The position numbers were made by a program, and so were the translations under genes. Shown here one piece after another: positions 1 to 12,200 of a stretch of DNA of 64,000 bases (positions are counted from its first letter, which is position 1; each line of letters opens with the position of its first letter). The stretch spans positions 1,674,001 through 1,738,000 of the forward strand of contig BQFW01000001.1 in assembly GCA_020891255.1 (NCBI GenBank), given 5' to 3'. A model generated the notes under the pieces. That model was not told the DNA's origin and searched no databases. It saw only the letters and a program-made list of their open reading frames with translations. This DNA comes from Entomortierella parvispora E1425. Taxonomy: Eukaryota; Fungi; Mortierellomycota.

Positions 1-3000
1 TCGGACAAGTTAATACCCATCATGGTATCATCCGCTCCAGCGCCATTTTCGCTTAGCAAACTCATCCGTGGTTTGGTGGGCGTCAAGAAGGGGGCTGAAG
101 GAGATCCTGCTTCGCGCGTGGAGGATCCTTCTGGTGTCCGGAGGCTGCCAGACAATCGACGGTATTCTGCCTGTCTAGTTTGAGCGACTCTCTGAAGAAG
201 AGATTTCATATCGCTAGAGAAACGACGATCCTCGTCACGGATCTTGGGAGGTGATTCTGTCATGAGGTCGTCAATCCCGTCTGCCCGAGGAAAATCGACA
301 TCCTCCATCTCGACATTCTTGGGTGTGGCAGAGCCCAGTCTGGAGCGGAGAATTTCGTTCTCCTCACCCAGTTCAATGATTTTGGCCGCCAAATCCTCAA
401 AATACATCTTTGCCTGCTTTTGACGTTCCTCGTAGTTCTCTCTCTCTGACTGAAACCGTTCGTACGCCTTCAAGAGTTCTAAATAATATACACAAAATGT
501 ATTAGGCACCATTCTTTGGAGGGGAGAATTTCCCAACTTCAAGATATATAGCATGAAAGAAAATGTAGAGGGCATTACCAACATGTTTTGCAAGCTCTGC
601 AGAGACCTTAAACACCTCTAGATGTCGTTTTGTGGACAGAAAGGAGGAACGGGTCCAATCAGTTAGTATTTTATACCGCGTTTTCAGTCCAACATCTTTT
701 ACTCTTTGTCTTACCAGGGTGAAAGTCCAGCTGCTTCTTCAAACCGGCGATTTCCTCCAACAGGGCCGCTTTCTCGGCTTGAAGTCCTGCATTGGTGTCT
801 CCTTTACGATGTGATGCCAGTGCACTCTCCTTGAACTTGACAACAAGTTGAGCCGATTGAAATTGTTTCTCACGAGCCTTGCAGGCTTCTTCCAACAAAC
901 TCGACCTTGCAATCTCGGCAGCGTGTTCGGCCTGCTCCTGTCGAAGGCGTCCAAGAGTTTCCAAGTAAGTCCTCGTTGTGATAGTCGATACGTGGCCTAA
1001 GGAGAGTGGTTATGAATAGTGAATACTTGTACTAAGAGAGGGCAGCTTTTGTGTATCTTATTTTCCACTGCCTCACTTCATTTCTGAATGAGAAAAGCGA
1101 TGGCATAAGATCTTACCTCCTCCCGACGTCCTCTCGACCTCCAGCTCTGCCTTGAGTCTTTGGATTTCGGCCTGGAGTTCATTCACATTTCCTTGAATAT
1201 CTTCGTTCACAACGGCCTTGTTCTTGATCATCTTTGCGCGCTGAGCAAATCGAAGGGTGCTCAAGGTTTCCTGATAGCAAAGAGCAGAGGGCGAGATATT
1301 GGCGACAATAAATGTGTTTGAGTTGCCTCCCAATGAATCCTTGAGCAGGAACGTCAACCGACTGTCGCGGTAGTGCTATTTGCAAAAAAGAGCGGGAGAA
1401 GGAAAGAATGAAGAAAGGTATCATCCTGTCAGAACTTTTCCTCAAAACCCTTTCGTGGTGCTCTTTTTTTCTGCTTTTGTCCTTGTTCTCCATACCACGT
1501 GACGGGAATGGCCGCCCGCAATTTCGCCCAGGGCATTGATGACAGAACCAAGGCAGAGGAGACTCCGGTTGATGCTTCCTGCCTCCTTCAGTCGCAATCC
1601 CTCTGTATTGGCCAGTTTCTGCCGTTCCGATCCAGCCAAGTCCACGAGGTTGAATCTGGACTCTCGAATGTGGTTGACGCCATCCGAGAGTATCATGGAC
1701 TGAATTGTCAGTGTCAGCACTGTATGTGATCGACTGGATTCTCGGTTCATGGCGGTGGCGCTGGTGTGGCGGTTGGCGGCTCCTTGTTCAAACATCTAAA
1801 GAAAAAAATCCATTGTGGACCAGCTTTGTTAGAATCCTTTTTCTCCCGGTAAATTGACCCCTGGCAGTTGCGAAACAAAAATCAAGCCATACTTTGTATG
1901 CGTCCTTTGGGTTGTGAATGGATTCCTCGGTAACACCATCAACATAGACCCCACGCTTAATATCCTCTCGTGTTGCCCGTGCCGTTGTCGAGTTGTCCAG
2001 CAAGTCATAAATAGATTCGTTATAGCTAGATGCAAGACGGGATAATCGTCAAAGATTGTTTTAGAGATGTGCACGAATGAGATGGCCGATATCCCTCGTA
2101 TAAAACAACTGTTCTTACATCTCGATATACGATGCTTTGCAGAGGTACTTCACAGACGAAACCATCCGCTCTTCCTTTGCAATGAGCTCGAACACTAAGT
2201 AGTTGGAGGAGGAAATGGAATATCTCGGGTCAGTAGGTTATTTCCGATGGACTGCCCATCCTCGTCAAAGCAAGAGAATCAAGTCACTCTTCACTTACGG
2301 TACTCCAAGCATCGAGGAATAATACCTCGCTCCTTGTGGTTACCCACACTCGCCATGTTGGACGGTCCTTGCATGGTATATGTTTTTCCACTTCCTGTTT
2401 GGCCATACGCAAAAATAGTCTAAAAAGCCGATTGAAGTTTGGACGGGGTCAGCGAGTCGTTCATTACTCCATAGTTCCTTCCTTATTCAGCATGTCCAGA
2501 TTCCATGAGCTGCTTCTTACGCCGTTGTAGCCCTTGACACATTGCTCAACAATGGATTTCCCTACATCGCTGATAGAGGAGCATTGGAGAAAGGTCGAAA
2601 ATAAGTAAACGAGGGGTTCGTTGCGCATCTGTCTTGATCATGAAGGAGACTAAAAAAAAAAAAGATTCCTACTTGAAAACTTGTTCCTGAGTCGTATCTT
2701 CGCCTCCAACACAATCGTATGTATACGTGTCATTCTTGTATCCCGATCCAACAATGATATGACTAGAGCAAGAGAACGGGGTGTGTTGTGTTAACGCTTC
2801 ATCTCTGGGGTCAAAAAAAAAAAAAGCCTTGTCCACTCTTTGCTTCCAAGATGTTTCGATTTACTTGGGTGGTTGCGCTAGGATCGTGGTCGAGGGGGAT
2901 TGTTGTGACTGACTGCCTTGGCTGGACTGTTGGCTCCCGTTGGTGGCTGCTTCGTACGCTATTTGTTCTCGCTCATTCGGCGGTCTGACTCTCACATAGA

Positions 3001-3123
3001 CCTTGACATGCTCCGAGGCACCTGCCCAAACGGCGCTATATTCGAGAGAAAAGAAAAGGTATGTGAACAGGATGATGCATGGTAAGAGGACCGACCTTGT
3101 GACATTAGATTAGATGTGTCCAT
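1..3123 (-). CDS. KIF15: Kinesin-12 (KIF15/KLP2-like) motor protein, multi-exon, 3' part runs off the window start; start codon uncertain
   Basis: Spliced translation gives [29 protein letters not shown] (P-loop), [10 protein letters not shown] (switch I), [11 protein letters not shown] (switch II), [21 protein letters not shown] and [40 protein letters not shown], the last closely resembling the KIF15 neck; coiled-coil exons follow. GT-AG introns seen. Confidence 0.9.
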
Positions 3124-3678
3124 TCTCCGAGAAAACAAATAAATAAGAATTGTACCCTGATTCCATGATTGCAGAAGAGTTGACACAAAAGAGTCGATTC
3201 GTCATAAAATGAGTGTCCACAAGCAAAGATGAAGAAAGAACAATTGAAGAGTTGTTTTCGTTAGCAGAGAGGTCCTGATGAAGGATGAACAGACATGTCC
3301 AGTCGAGTGTGCTGCGCCCAAGGGTACCTGGTGCGGGAGTCAGGAGCATTGAAAAAGGCGGTGAGGGATGTGATGCAACTGGGGTGCCAATGAAGAAAGG
3401 TGTGGGGATGGAGTAAAAGTGGAGACGGGGGTTCGATGCAGCCACTGATGAGGATGAGAATGCAGATGGATGGGTGGATGGATGGATGGATGGATGTGTG
3501 GATGGATGGGATGATGTGAGTGAGGCGGGAGGGATGTTCTCCCAAACAATGATCAGGCTCTCTCACAACAACAAACCGCGCGAAAGCATCGAGCAAAAAA
3601 ATAAAAAAAAGTCGCGTCGCAGCACGCGTCTCCTGTTGGGTGGCTTGGCTTGGTTCAGTTTTATTCCTTCTTGTGCCT

Positions 3679-3757
3679 TCACATCATCCCTTGCCACGAC
3701 GACGGTTGAAAGTCGTTGTGAAAGCTAAAGTCGACCCGTTGGCTTACAGCCGACTGG

Positions 3758-3821
<64 letters not shown>

Positions 3822-4453
3822 CCATGTGTAACCCTTGGCCGAGACGATTATGTTTCGTATGGGTATCCTCGGCCTCAGTCTGCTCCATCAACGCCTGGAT
3901 TTGATCCGCGTTCAGGGCTTCATCCTGTCTATGACCATGGCCTACCAGATCTCCAGTGTCCGCCGTAGCTGGCATGAACATGGCTGGCGTTTGGGATAAC
4001 ATCCCTCCTCCATGGAAGTCAGAGTTCATCATCCCACCAAATAAGGACGCAGTGTCTGATCCCAACATGCCACTGTTAATGTTGCCATCACCTTGCAGAC
4101 TGACATTGCTCTGCATCGAGTTCTGCGTCATATTGTGGAAGGGGTCCATGGCACCGCTTTGAGACAACGCGCCACTGGTAGAATTCTCACCGGCTGAGCC
4201 AATATTGCCCCAGAATGTTGGCTGAGAATCACTCGTTGGCATCATAGTCATCGCGTTTGGGTGAAATTGCGCTGAAGAAGGCTGGTGTTGATAGTCCTGG
4301 TGGAGTTGCGGCTCCATTGGTGTTTGCTCCATAGCGTCTTGACCATGAATAAACGATCCGGAATTTCGTGAGGGCTGTTGATGGTGGTGTTGCTGCTGCT
4401 CGTGTTGTTGATACATATGTTGATGTGCCTGCTGCTGTTGTTGCTGCTGTTGT

Positions 4454-4485
<32 letters not shown>

Positions 4486-7400
4486 TTGTTGTTGTTGTTG
4501 ATGCTGCTGCTGGAATTGTTGTTGCTGCTGTTGCTGCATGTTGAATGTCTGGAAGACCTGGTCCGCGGAACTTATTTGACACTGAGTGTCAGGGATCGCA
4601 GTTAGGGCTCGCGGCTGATTCAAGATGGCTGTCGACGTCTGGTACTGATTGAGGCTCTCCACCACTAACGGCCCTCCAAACGGACCAATGAACTGAGACA
4701 CCTTTTGAATCTTGCCAGGATGTGCGCAATTACCATCGTCGTCCGGCTCCAAGATCGAGGGACTAGGGGACAAGGAAGAGGCCGATTGCGTCTGAAGCAA
4801 ATACCTGCTCGGTTGGAACCGTAATAACTCGTCGTGGCCCATCTGACTGTGTCGTTTTCGGTGTTGACTTGGGATATTCTTCAGTGGCCGCGCCAACGGC
4901 GACATGGCGGTACTCCCTCGAACCTTGGCTCGCTCTTCACGTCCAATTTTGACTAGATGACTTAAAGGACGATCATCTCCTCCTTTGGGGATCGGGTTAT
5001 GTGGATGGCCAGCGGCACACGATCGACCTAACGCAATTTTGTTGCGCTTGGCAATCGCCATGCTCTTGATCGCAGTCGCGCAGATGTGCACCGTAGACTC
5101 GCTCAGTCCTTTAACAGAGTGCATGAACTCGTCAAAGAATGTCAGGATGCAGTTGATGTTTTGCTCGTCAATGTTGGCTCGAGGTGAAGAGTAATATTCG
5201 CGGAAAAATTGTACCAAATAGTCAAAGTTGGCGACCGACTCCTCCGCAACCTGAGCATCCTCTGACTTCATGTACATGACCTGGATCCGGATGGCGTTAG
5301 TCATGGCGTATTCAGGTACTCCATTCACTTCAAACGTCCTGGAATAGGTCCTGATGATGACTCTGGAAATATCCGTGATCTTCGAGGCGGCCTTTAAGCA
5401 AATATCCCGTGAGCGAGAGTGCAAATGCTGATGCTCTGGGGATGAGAGGTACGGTTTGTGGAGCAAGATCAGAGTGGATTCGTACAGCATTTGTGCCACA
5501 CCTAAGTATTAACAAAAATTCTTGTCAGGTCTCCAAGAACATCAAAATCTCTGATTTGCCAGCGCGTGACTATTCCGGACTCACCTCCTCTGGCATTGAA
5601 CATTGCGTGAGGATCGTCTTCCTTCACGTCAAAGCTAAACTGTAGTGCTGCCGGGAGTTGAAGCTGCCACTGAATGAGTTGTTGTTCGTAATTCTTAGGC
5701 AGGCTTCCTGGCACCATATCCTGCACTTCCGTCGAGTTGAAAATGTATCGCTTTACATTCCTGAAGATGCGCCAGAGTTTGCAAATGTGCACAAGGAACA
5801 ATGTGTTTGAGTATTCCTCTTCGCCCTCTGCTGATGTGGGGACCAACAGTGAAACGTCAATCTCATTGTCATCGAGTAAGGGCCGCCTTCCTGTGACGCT
5901 GGCTGTCGAGCTATCAATGGCGTAGACGCACCAAAATACTCTCTTCCTGGTTTCTTGGACTTGTTTGTCGGGAATCCAGCGGTCACATTTACGATGGAGT
6001 CCCAAATCTGAGGCCATGAGAATAGCCTGCTGAACGTAGTGGTGACCCCAACCAGAAATCTTTGGATACTGAGACAAAAGTAAGAGCCCTTGAACGGTCG
6101 AGACCCTCGGGATGCCAATGCAATAATCCAAAACCATCCTTGCACGTTCAAAAAAGGGTGTCGCCAAAGTCTTTTTATCATTGGGATCGCTGTAGCAGGA
6201 CGCATGTTGATAGTCCCCTGTCAACGCAGCAGCCATGAAAACACTGTTCAGCAAGAAAATGCTCTGTGGTTCATAGCGATCTTCCAGTGCCTGAAGCAGC
6301 GTAGTTTTTTGGATCATTGGTAAAAAGACATGGTAGTGCTAAGGCATGTAAATTGACAATGATGAGATTTCCAATTCAAAATGGCGAGAGCAACTTTCTT
6401 CACAGAGTAGGCGCTCTTACCGTATAATAAATATCGAATAGAGCATCAATCACCTCGACAGGTGGCATGACGAACCCTTCGGGTGGGATGTCGATATCCA
6501 GCGAATTATGAACGTCGAATGAGATTTCCTCATCCCAAAACTTGTTTTGATCTGTCGAGGTAAAAAGCATGGTTCCTTTCCCTAGATACATTGAGGCGTC
6601 AAAGAGGCGCAGCTTGTCCATGGTGTCGGCTAGATCGCCTACATTGTCATCGTACTCGTCACCGCTGCCCTCCTGTTCAGTTGACTTTAACGAGCGCTCT
6701 ATTGAAGATGTGGGTGACTTTACTACTGTTGAAGGCTATACCCATAGAGGACAATGTCAATCGTTATTGTACAAATCCACTATGAACATGATTTTTAGGA
6801 GAGATATGCATCCATCAAAAGCCTACCCTGGATATTGGCGTTTGAGCGACAGTATCATATGCGTCTAGCTTGGGCGGTTTGTACAAGGGTGTCAGAGTAC
6901 TTGAATCTCCGGACTGTGGTGGCGATAATGAAGAAGAAGAAGCACGATGAGGTTGCTACAGGTGATGTTAGCGCCAGATTCCCTAATGCTTCTTTGCGCC
7001 CCTCGGTGTCTTTCCTTACCATTGGAACACTCCCATTGCCTTGGCTCCAAGGTCGTGGAGCTGTCTGAGAACCATCGTCAGTACCTGGTACAACGGCCCA
7101 GTCTTTGTCGTCTGAGAGACGCGTGTGCTGATGGGGGTTCGCACTCCCTGTTGATGCTGGAGACGCTGATCCCTGTAGAGTTTTAGAGGCTGCTTCCACG
7201 ATGGGTACTTGGCCGTGAGAGGGCATGACACTGTTTAGGAGCTGTTCCATTTGATTGAGTCGTTCCGTGTAGGCAGACTCTATCGTCTCCAGACGCGCCT
7301 CTAGGATTTCCACTTCGGACTGAGACTTTTGAGACTTTTTGCGTCGAGGAGCAGGCGTTTTCCCGAGCAAGAACGTACACTCCAGTAGTCCTGCATAGAT

Positions 7401-7757
7401 GCAGGGTCCACAGGTGGGGCTAGCCTGGTCGCACTTTGTCTACAAGATGAACAATAAAAGGGAACAGCGTCAGTTGAGGCTGTGGGTACTTTCGAATAAG
7501 GTAATTTTTGGCTCCTTTTTGATTGTTTGTTTGTTACGCCCAATTCTCCTGGGTCTCTCTCGCTGACTGTCGACTGCGCGCAACAGTCGTGCGAGGGGAT
7601 CCACAAGTGCTACTCATAGCGGCGACATCCCGATGCTGTGCTACTCTGTTACCAACCAAGCACCCGTCCTTACCTTTCTACGACGGCATTGATCGCAACC
7701 GATGGTGGCGGGAGCTTTTTTCTTTTTCGGCTCCACAGCTGCTGACGGCTGATCCAT
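3679..7757 (-). CDS. Zn(II)2Cys6 fungal transcription factor with fungal-specific TF middle domain and polyQ C-terminus
   Basis: Exon 1 MDQPSAAVEPKKKKAPATIGCDQCRRRK (7757-7674) spliced to TKCDQASPTCGPCIYAGLLEC gives CX2CX6CX6CX2CX7C; the middle region has STVQGLLLLS, AILMASDLGLHR, ETRKRVFWCVYAID; polyQ tracts in ORF 3679-5499. Confidence 0.93.
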
Positions 7758-8152
7758 GGCAATGATGAAAGGTGTCTAAAATATGTTGGTCTACACAGTG
7801 GTGAGGTAGGTGGTTGACGGTCTTTTGTTTGTTCTAGGCGAGGACAGCAGTAAAGGATTGAAGTATGAGTAGGTAGGTTGACAGCAACGCCTTCAACAAA
7901 AGAAAAGATGAGCTTAATGAGAAGAAGAAAAGAAGGAAAGGCTCTCGGACATGCAAGGACCGGGTGACTTACCGATGGCGGGAATGGTAAGCGACAACAA
8001 AAGGCCTGGGGGTCCAAGGGATTGGGGTAGGTGGATAGGGGCTTTTTGAGTGGACAATCGGGAGTGACTGGGGAAGAGAGAAGGTGCACAGGAGGGACAG
8101 GATAGCAACGAAGAGAAGGCAGACACAGGTGTAGAGGTGTATATAGGGAGTA

Positions 8153-8304
8153 TGACTGACTGACTGACTGACTGACTGACTGACTGACTGACTGACTGAC
8201 TGAATGGATGGATGGATGGAATGATTGAATGAATGGACTGACGGACTGACTGAATGAACAGGCAAATGAACGGGCAAATGAAATGAACGAGACAGGTTCA
8301 ATGC

Positions 8305-8335
<31 letters not shown>
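8153..8335. repeat. Compound microsatellite: about 12x TGAC, then TGGA/TGAA-like units, then about 7x CAGA
   Basis: Read directly in the intergenic region between the Zn2Cys6 gene and the small Cys-rich ORF. Confidence 0.9.
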
Positions 8336-8794
8336 TCAGCAGAAAGAGGCGAAAGAAGAAAGGAAAGAGAACGGGCGCTGATTGGCTGGGCTGGCGGTGT
8401 CTGTCAGACTGGATTTGCATATCCTTCTGTTCTCTAGTCTCCCTCCTCGCGCGTTGCTTTGCTTTGCCTTGCCTTGCCTTGCCTTGCATGATGGACGAGC
8501 TCGTTTTCTTCTCTCCTCTCCTCTCCTCTCGCTTTGCCAGACGTGGGTGACCTCGTTGCCTTGTCTTCTTGTCTCTTCTCGCTGTGCTTTGCCCTGCTGG
8601 CTGCTGGACGTGACCTCGTTGTCTTCTCTTTCTTCTTTTCCTCTTTTCCTCTTCCTCTCTTTCCTCTCTTTCCTCTCTTTCCTCTCTCTCTTTCTTGTCT
8701 CTTCACTTCATCTCTTTCATCTTCGCCACTCTTCCCCTTCCTTCCTGCTGCCTTTCCCTCTTCCCTCTCCTCGTTTTCTCTTACAAGAACCAAC

Positions 8795-8965
8795 ATGTGC
8801 GCCGAGATTGACGTGACCTTCTCCTGCAACCACTCTGTCGTCCGAAAGGAAGTCTGCGAGGCCAGTCGCAGGAACCGCGGCGTTTGCCCCCATGCTGCCA
8901 CCATGGGCACCGCTTACTCTGCCACACGCGTCAACCAAAGGTGCCCCAACTGCGAGCGTCGCTAG
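8795..8965 (+). CDS. Small Cys/His-rich protein (56 aa), putative metal-binding microprotein
   Basis: MCAEIDVTFSCNHSVVRKEVCEASRRNRGVCPHAATMGTAYSATRVNQRCPNCERR*; good start context (caacATG), C-ending codon bias, pyrimidine-rich leader upstream, MC..CxH..C..C..CxxC pattern. Confidence 0.6.
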   Translation: MCAEIDVTFSCNHSVVRKEVCEASRRNRGVCPHAATMGTAYSATRVNQRCPNCERR

Positions 8966-9009
8966 TGGGCATGGGAGCAGACCTCTTCTCTCGTTGTCTC
9001 GACGTCTGG

Positions 9010-9045
<36 letters not shown>

Positions 9046-9253
9046 AACAGAGCGTTCCCTTTTACGCGAAATCCCCCTTCTACGATGACGATGGATGAAT
9101 GGGCCCCAACACAGCTCAGCTGTTTTGTTCAATAAAAAAATCTCAAAGGTCAAGCTACAACTGCTCTGCATCTACGACAAGCGCGTTTTTGGGTTTGTAT
9201 CTGCCTGCAATTGGCAGGCCGATGAATTTCATTTGTTTCTTTTCTTGAGCAAG

Positions 9254-12200
9254 CTACAACACTGCAGGTGTCCGGTCTCCTTTTGAAAGGTTCTTGGGCA
9301 CAAACTTTCGCCTCACTTTCTGGAAGGCTCTTGAGGAAGAGATGGGTCTTGTCTTTTGGCCTTGGTGTGAAGACAGTAACCTTTCTATTCTCTCGAGCTG
9401 TCGCTCCATCCTGTCCATTCGAGCAGAATCATCGGGCGGCGGAGGTGCCAACAACAGAGCTTGGCTCTGTTCGTATTGTTGCCACTCTTCCTCTGTCATT
9501 TCATGCACCTCTTCATGCGCCTGCACCTCTGCTCCCACGGGCTCTGACATCGTGGTGGTCACAGTCTCTTGCATCCCTGCTTCTTCTTCCCTTTGTGGTT
9601 CTTGAACCTTGCTTCGCCATGGGTCGAAATCTGTCGACTTGAAGCCGTCGTAACCAAAGGTCTCTTCAACTGTTCTCGTCTTTAAATCCACCAAATCGTT
9701 CTTGTCCACTCTATCCGCCCCATCTTCCTCATCGCTCTTTTCTTCGTTTCTCAATGGATCGTCCTTCATGTCCCAGCGTGCCTTGTACTCTAGAACTCTA
9801 GCTTCTGTTAGACAATAACAGATTTCCTTTGGAAAGATGTCATACTTCTCTCGCAGTCCTGAAAGTGAGCGAGGAAAAGAAATCAGAGGTTAAACAAATG
9901 AACCTGGGAAATGGTGCCGGCACCACTATGAATCAATCGCTCGCCATCCTAGGAGGACACCTCAAACGGATGGTTCTCTTCTTTGGACGTCATGGATTAC
10001 CTGGAATATGATAGGACATGTTCTCGGCGCTCTCGATGTACCAAAGTCGGTTTTCGAGAAAAACCAAGTGCCATGTTGTGTCGCTGGTGTTGAAGGCCAC
10101 ATTGATGAGCGCTACCAACAGGCGAGGTCATGGTAAGCACCCGATCTTCAAAGAAAGTGCCCTGCATACGGAGGTATAACAGTGACGTGAAGAACTATCT
10201 TACCAATCAGGACGTTCAGCATGAGGATTACCGTGAAGAACAAGTAGATAATCATCATGGTATGGAATGCATAGTTGTCCTCAAGAAAATCGTCTTGGAT
10301 CGGGTCGTACTTGCCGCCCTAGTAACGGATAAGGAGAATGATGAGAAATCGCACCTTCGGAGGTAAACGGCCTGTCTTTTTTTTTCTTTTTCTTTTTCTT
10401 TTTCTTTTTCTTTACCATAAAGAAAAAAGTGGCCGAGAAAGCTTCATAAGGGTTGGCAGGAAATCCGGTCGAGGGGGTCGGACAAGGTTCCTGGACGCAT
10501 CCTCGAAGGAGATGTGACAGAGCAAGCGTGAACGCCAGTATACCCACTAAAAAGATGATAAAGAACACGCGGATTTTGCTAAAGATCTGGACAATGACTG
10601 TCACGAACTGGCACACGGCTCTATTCACACGAAGTTCAAACAGCTGGTATCGGATGAACAAGTCCAACGAAAGTGGGGAAAGATGAAGATTAGAAACGTG
10701 TCCATATAAAAAAAAAATCCTTTGCTCGTATTGCGCAACCAACAAGCGTAAGGAGAGATGTGGATTACCAAATGAAGAGCGATGAAGAGGATGGAAAAGC
10801 TGAAAAGCCATGAATACGGCCCGCGCGGATTCTGAGAGGGGTCGTCATTAGTCGATGTACGCAAGTGGAACTGATTGATACAACCGCCTAGTGGGAGCGC
10901 AAACACGACCACATCGACGAGATTGTAGAGCAGAGATCTAGACATGCCGCTCGTACCGTTAGTTTCCATGTTCTTTGACTGTTGTAGATGCGTGGATATC
11001 AAAGTTGGTCAGAACTTGCTCTTACCGAACGTATCGGCGCGGATTGTGTAAAACTTGCGAGAGCTCCAAAAGCAAAAACAAGATTGACATGCCCGCAATC
11101 ACACCGAACAGCGCCGTGGACATATGAGCATCGTCGATCTGAAGAACAACAACGATAATGACCAGAAGGTAGTAGAAGCACTGAAGCATGAAACGGGTAA
11201 GCCAGGTATAAAATCCAAGAGTATACCTAGGGTCATGGCGGCAAGTGGGTTAATGAACCGTTCAAGACCCAGACTCGCGGAACGACTCTATGGCTGGGTC
11301 AAGGTTATTCTTTACCATTTGTACGAGATCAAGGCTGCCACTGCTAGGTTGTCAAAGGCGTCCAGGGGGAAGTCATGGCTCTTGATTTTGCGTTCTCGCC
11401 AAGGGCTGAGCCTGTAGATGGCAACAAAGACCGACATCTTGATCCAATAAAACACAGACGGGGGCACACCAGCTGGAAATGACGTCTTTGTGGGCTTGGC
11501 GGGCTCTCCGGTATCTGTCCAGATCACATTAAAAGTAGCAGAAAAGATCTCGTGCAAAAAAGTATCATTGCCTGGATCCTTAACGAGTTGTCTCTTCCCC
11601 AATGACTCTAGCTGTAAAATAGGTTCTTGGCATTTGAACAAAGGTCGAGGGTTGGGCTTCCAAAACATGGGTCGAAACTCTGGTGGGTGAATCAAAGCAT
11701 GGCGCTCCATGATGAAAGATCTAGAGGGAACAGGGACAAAGGCCATTCGATGCAAGGTTGACTTTGCCACCTCCGAGTGTGGTGATTTCTTGTCCAGAAG
11801 AGTGGGCAGACATGCAGCGACCGATGCCAAAAAATGGGTGCTTTGATCCTCCTTTGCTTTTTGCAGACAATAGTTCCAGAAGAGCCTGAATGCCTTCATG
11901 TGGATTGCGTCCGTTTTGGCCCTGTCGAGCAAAAACTCCGTTGGGTTGAATCCTGTCCTCAATTGTGGTATCCACCGTCCGTCCGGGAGAGTCAGGATTT
12001 TCTCTAACAGCTGGTCACGTCTGAGAGAATATTTACACAGCAGCTCCATCGTTGTCATCTCAGCGGTGTCTGTGATAACCATCTCGCTTGTTTTGCTCTG
12101 TTGGGAAGTAGGCCGATTAATGTGTCTATTGAGATAATTGACATGTAGGTGAAAATCCTCGTGTGTTGTCCAAGACGGCATCACCGGGAGGGGTTGTCTC

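Noticed and set aside
3640-4605. Plus-strand poly-Leu ORFs
   Set aside because: Antisense shadows of CAG/CAA polyQ tracts in the Zn2Cys6 gene.
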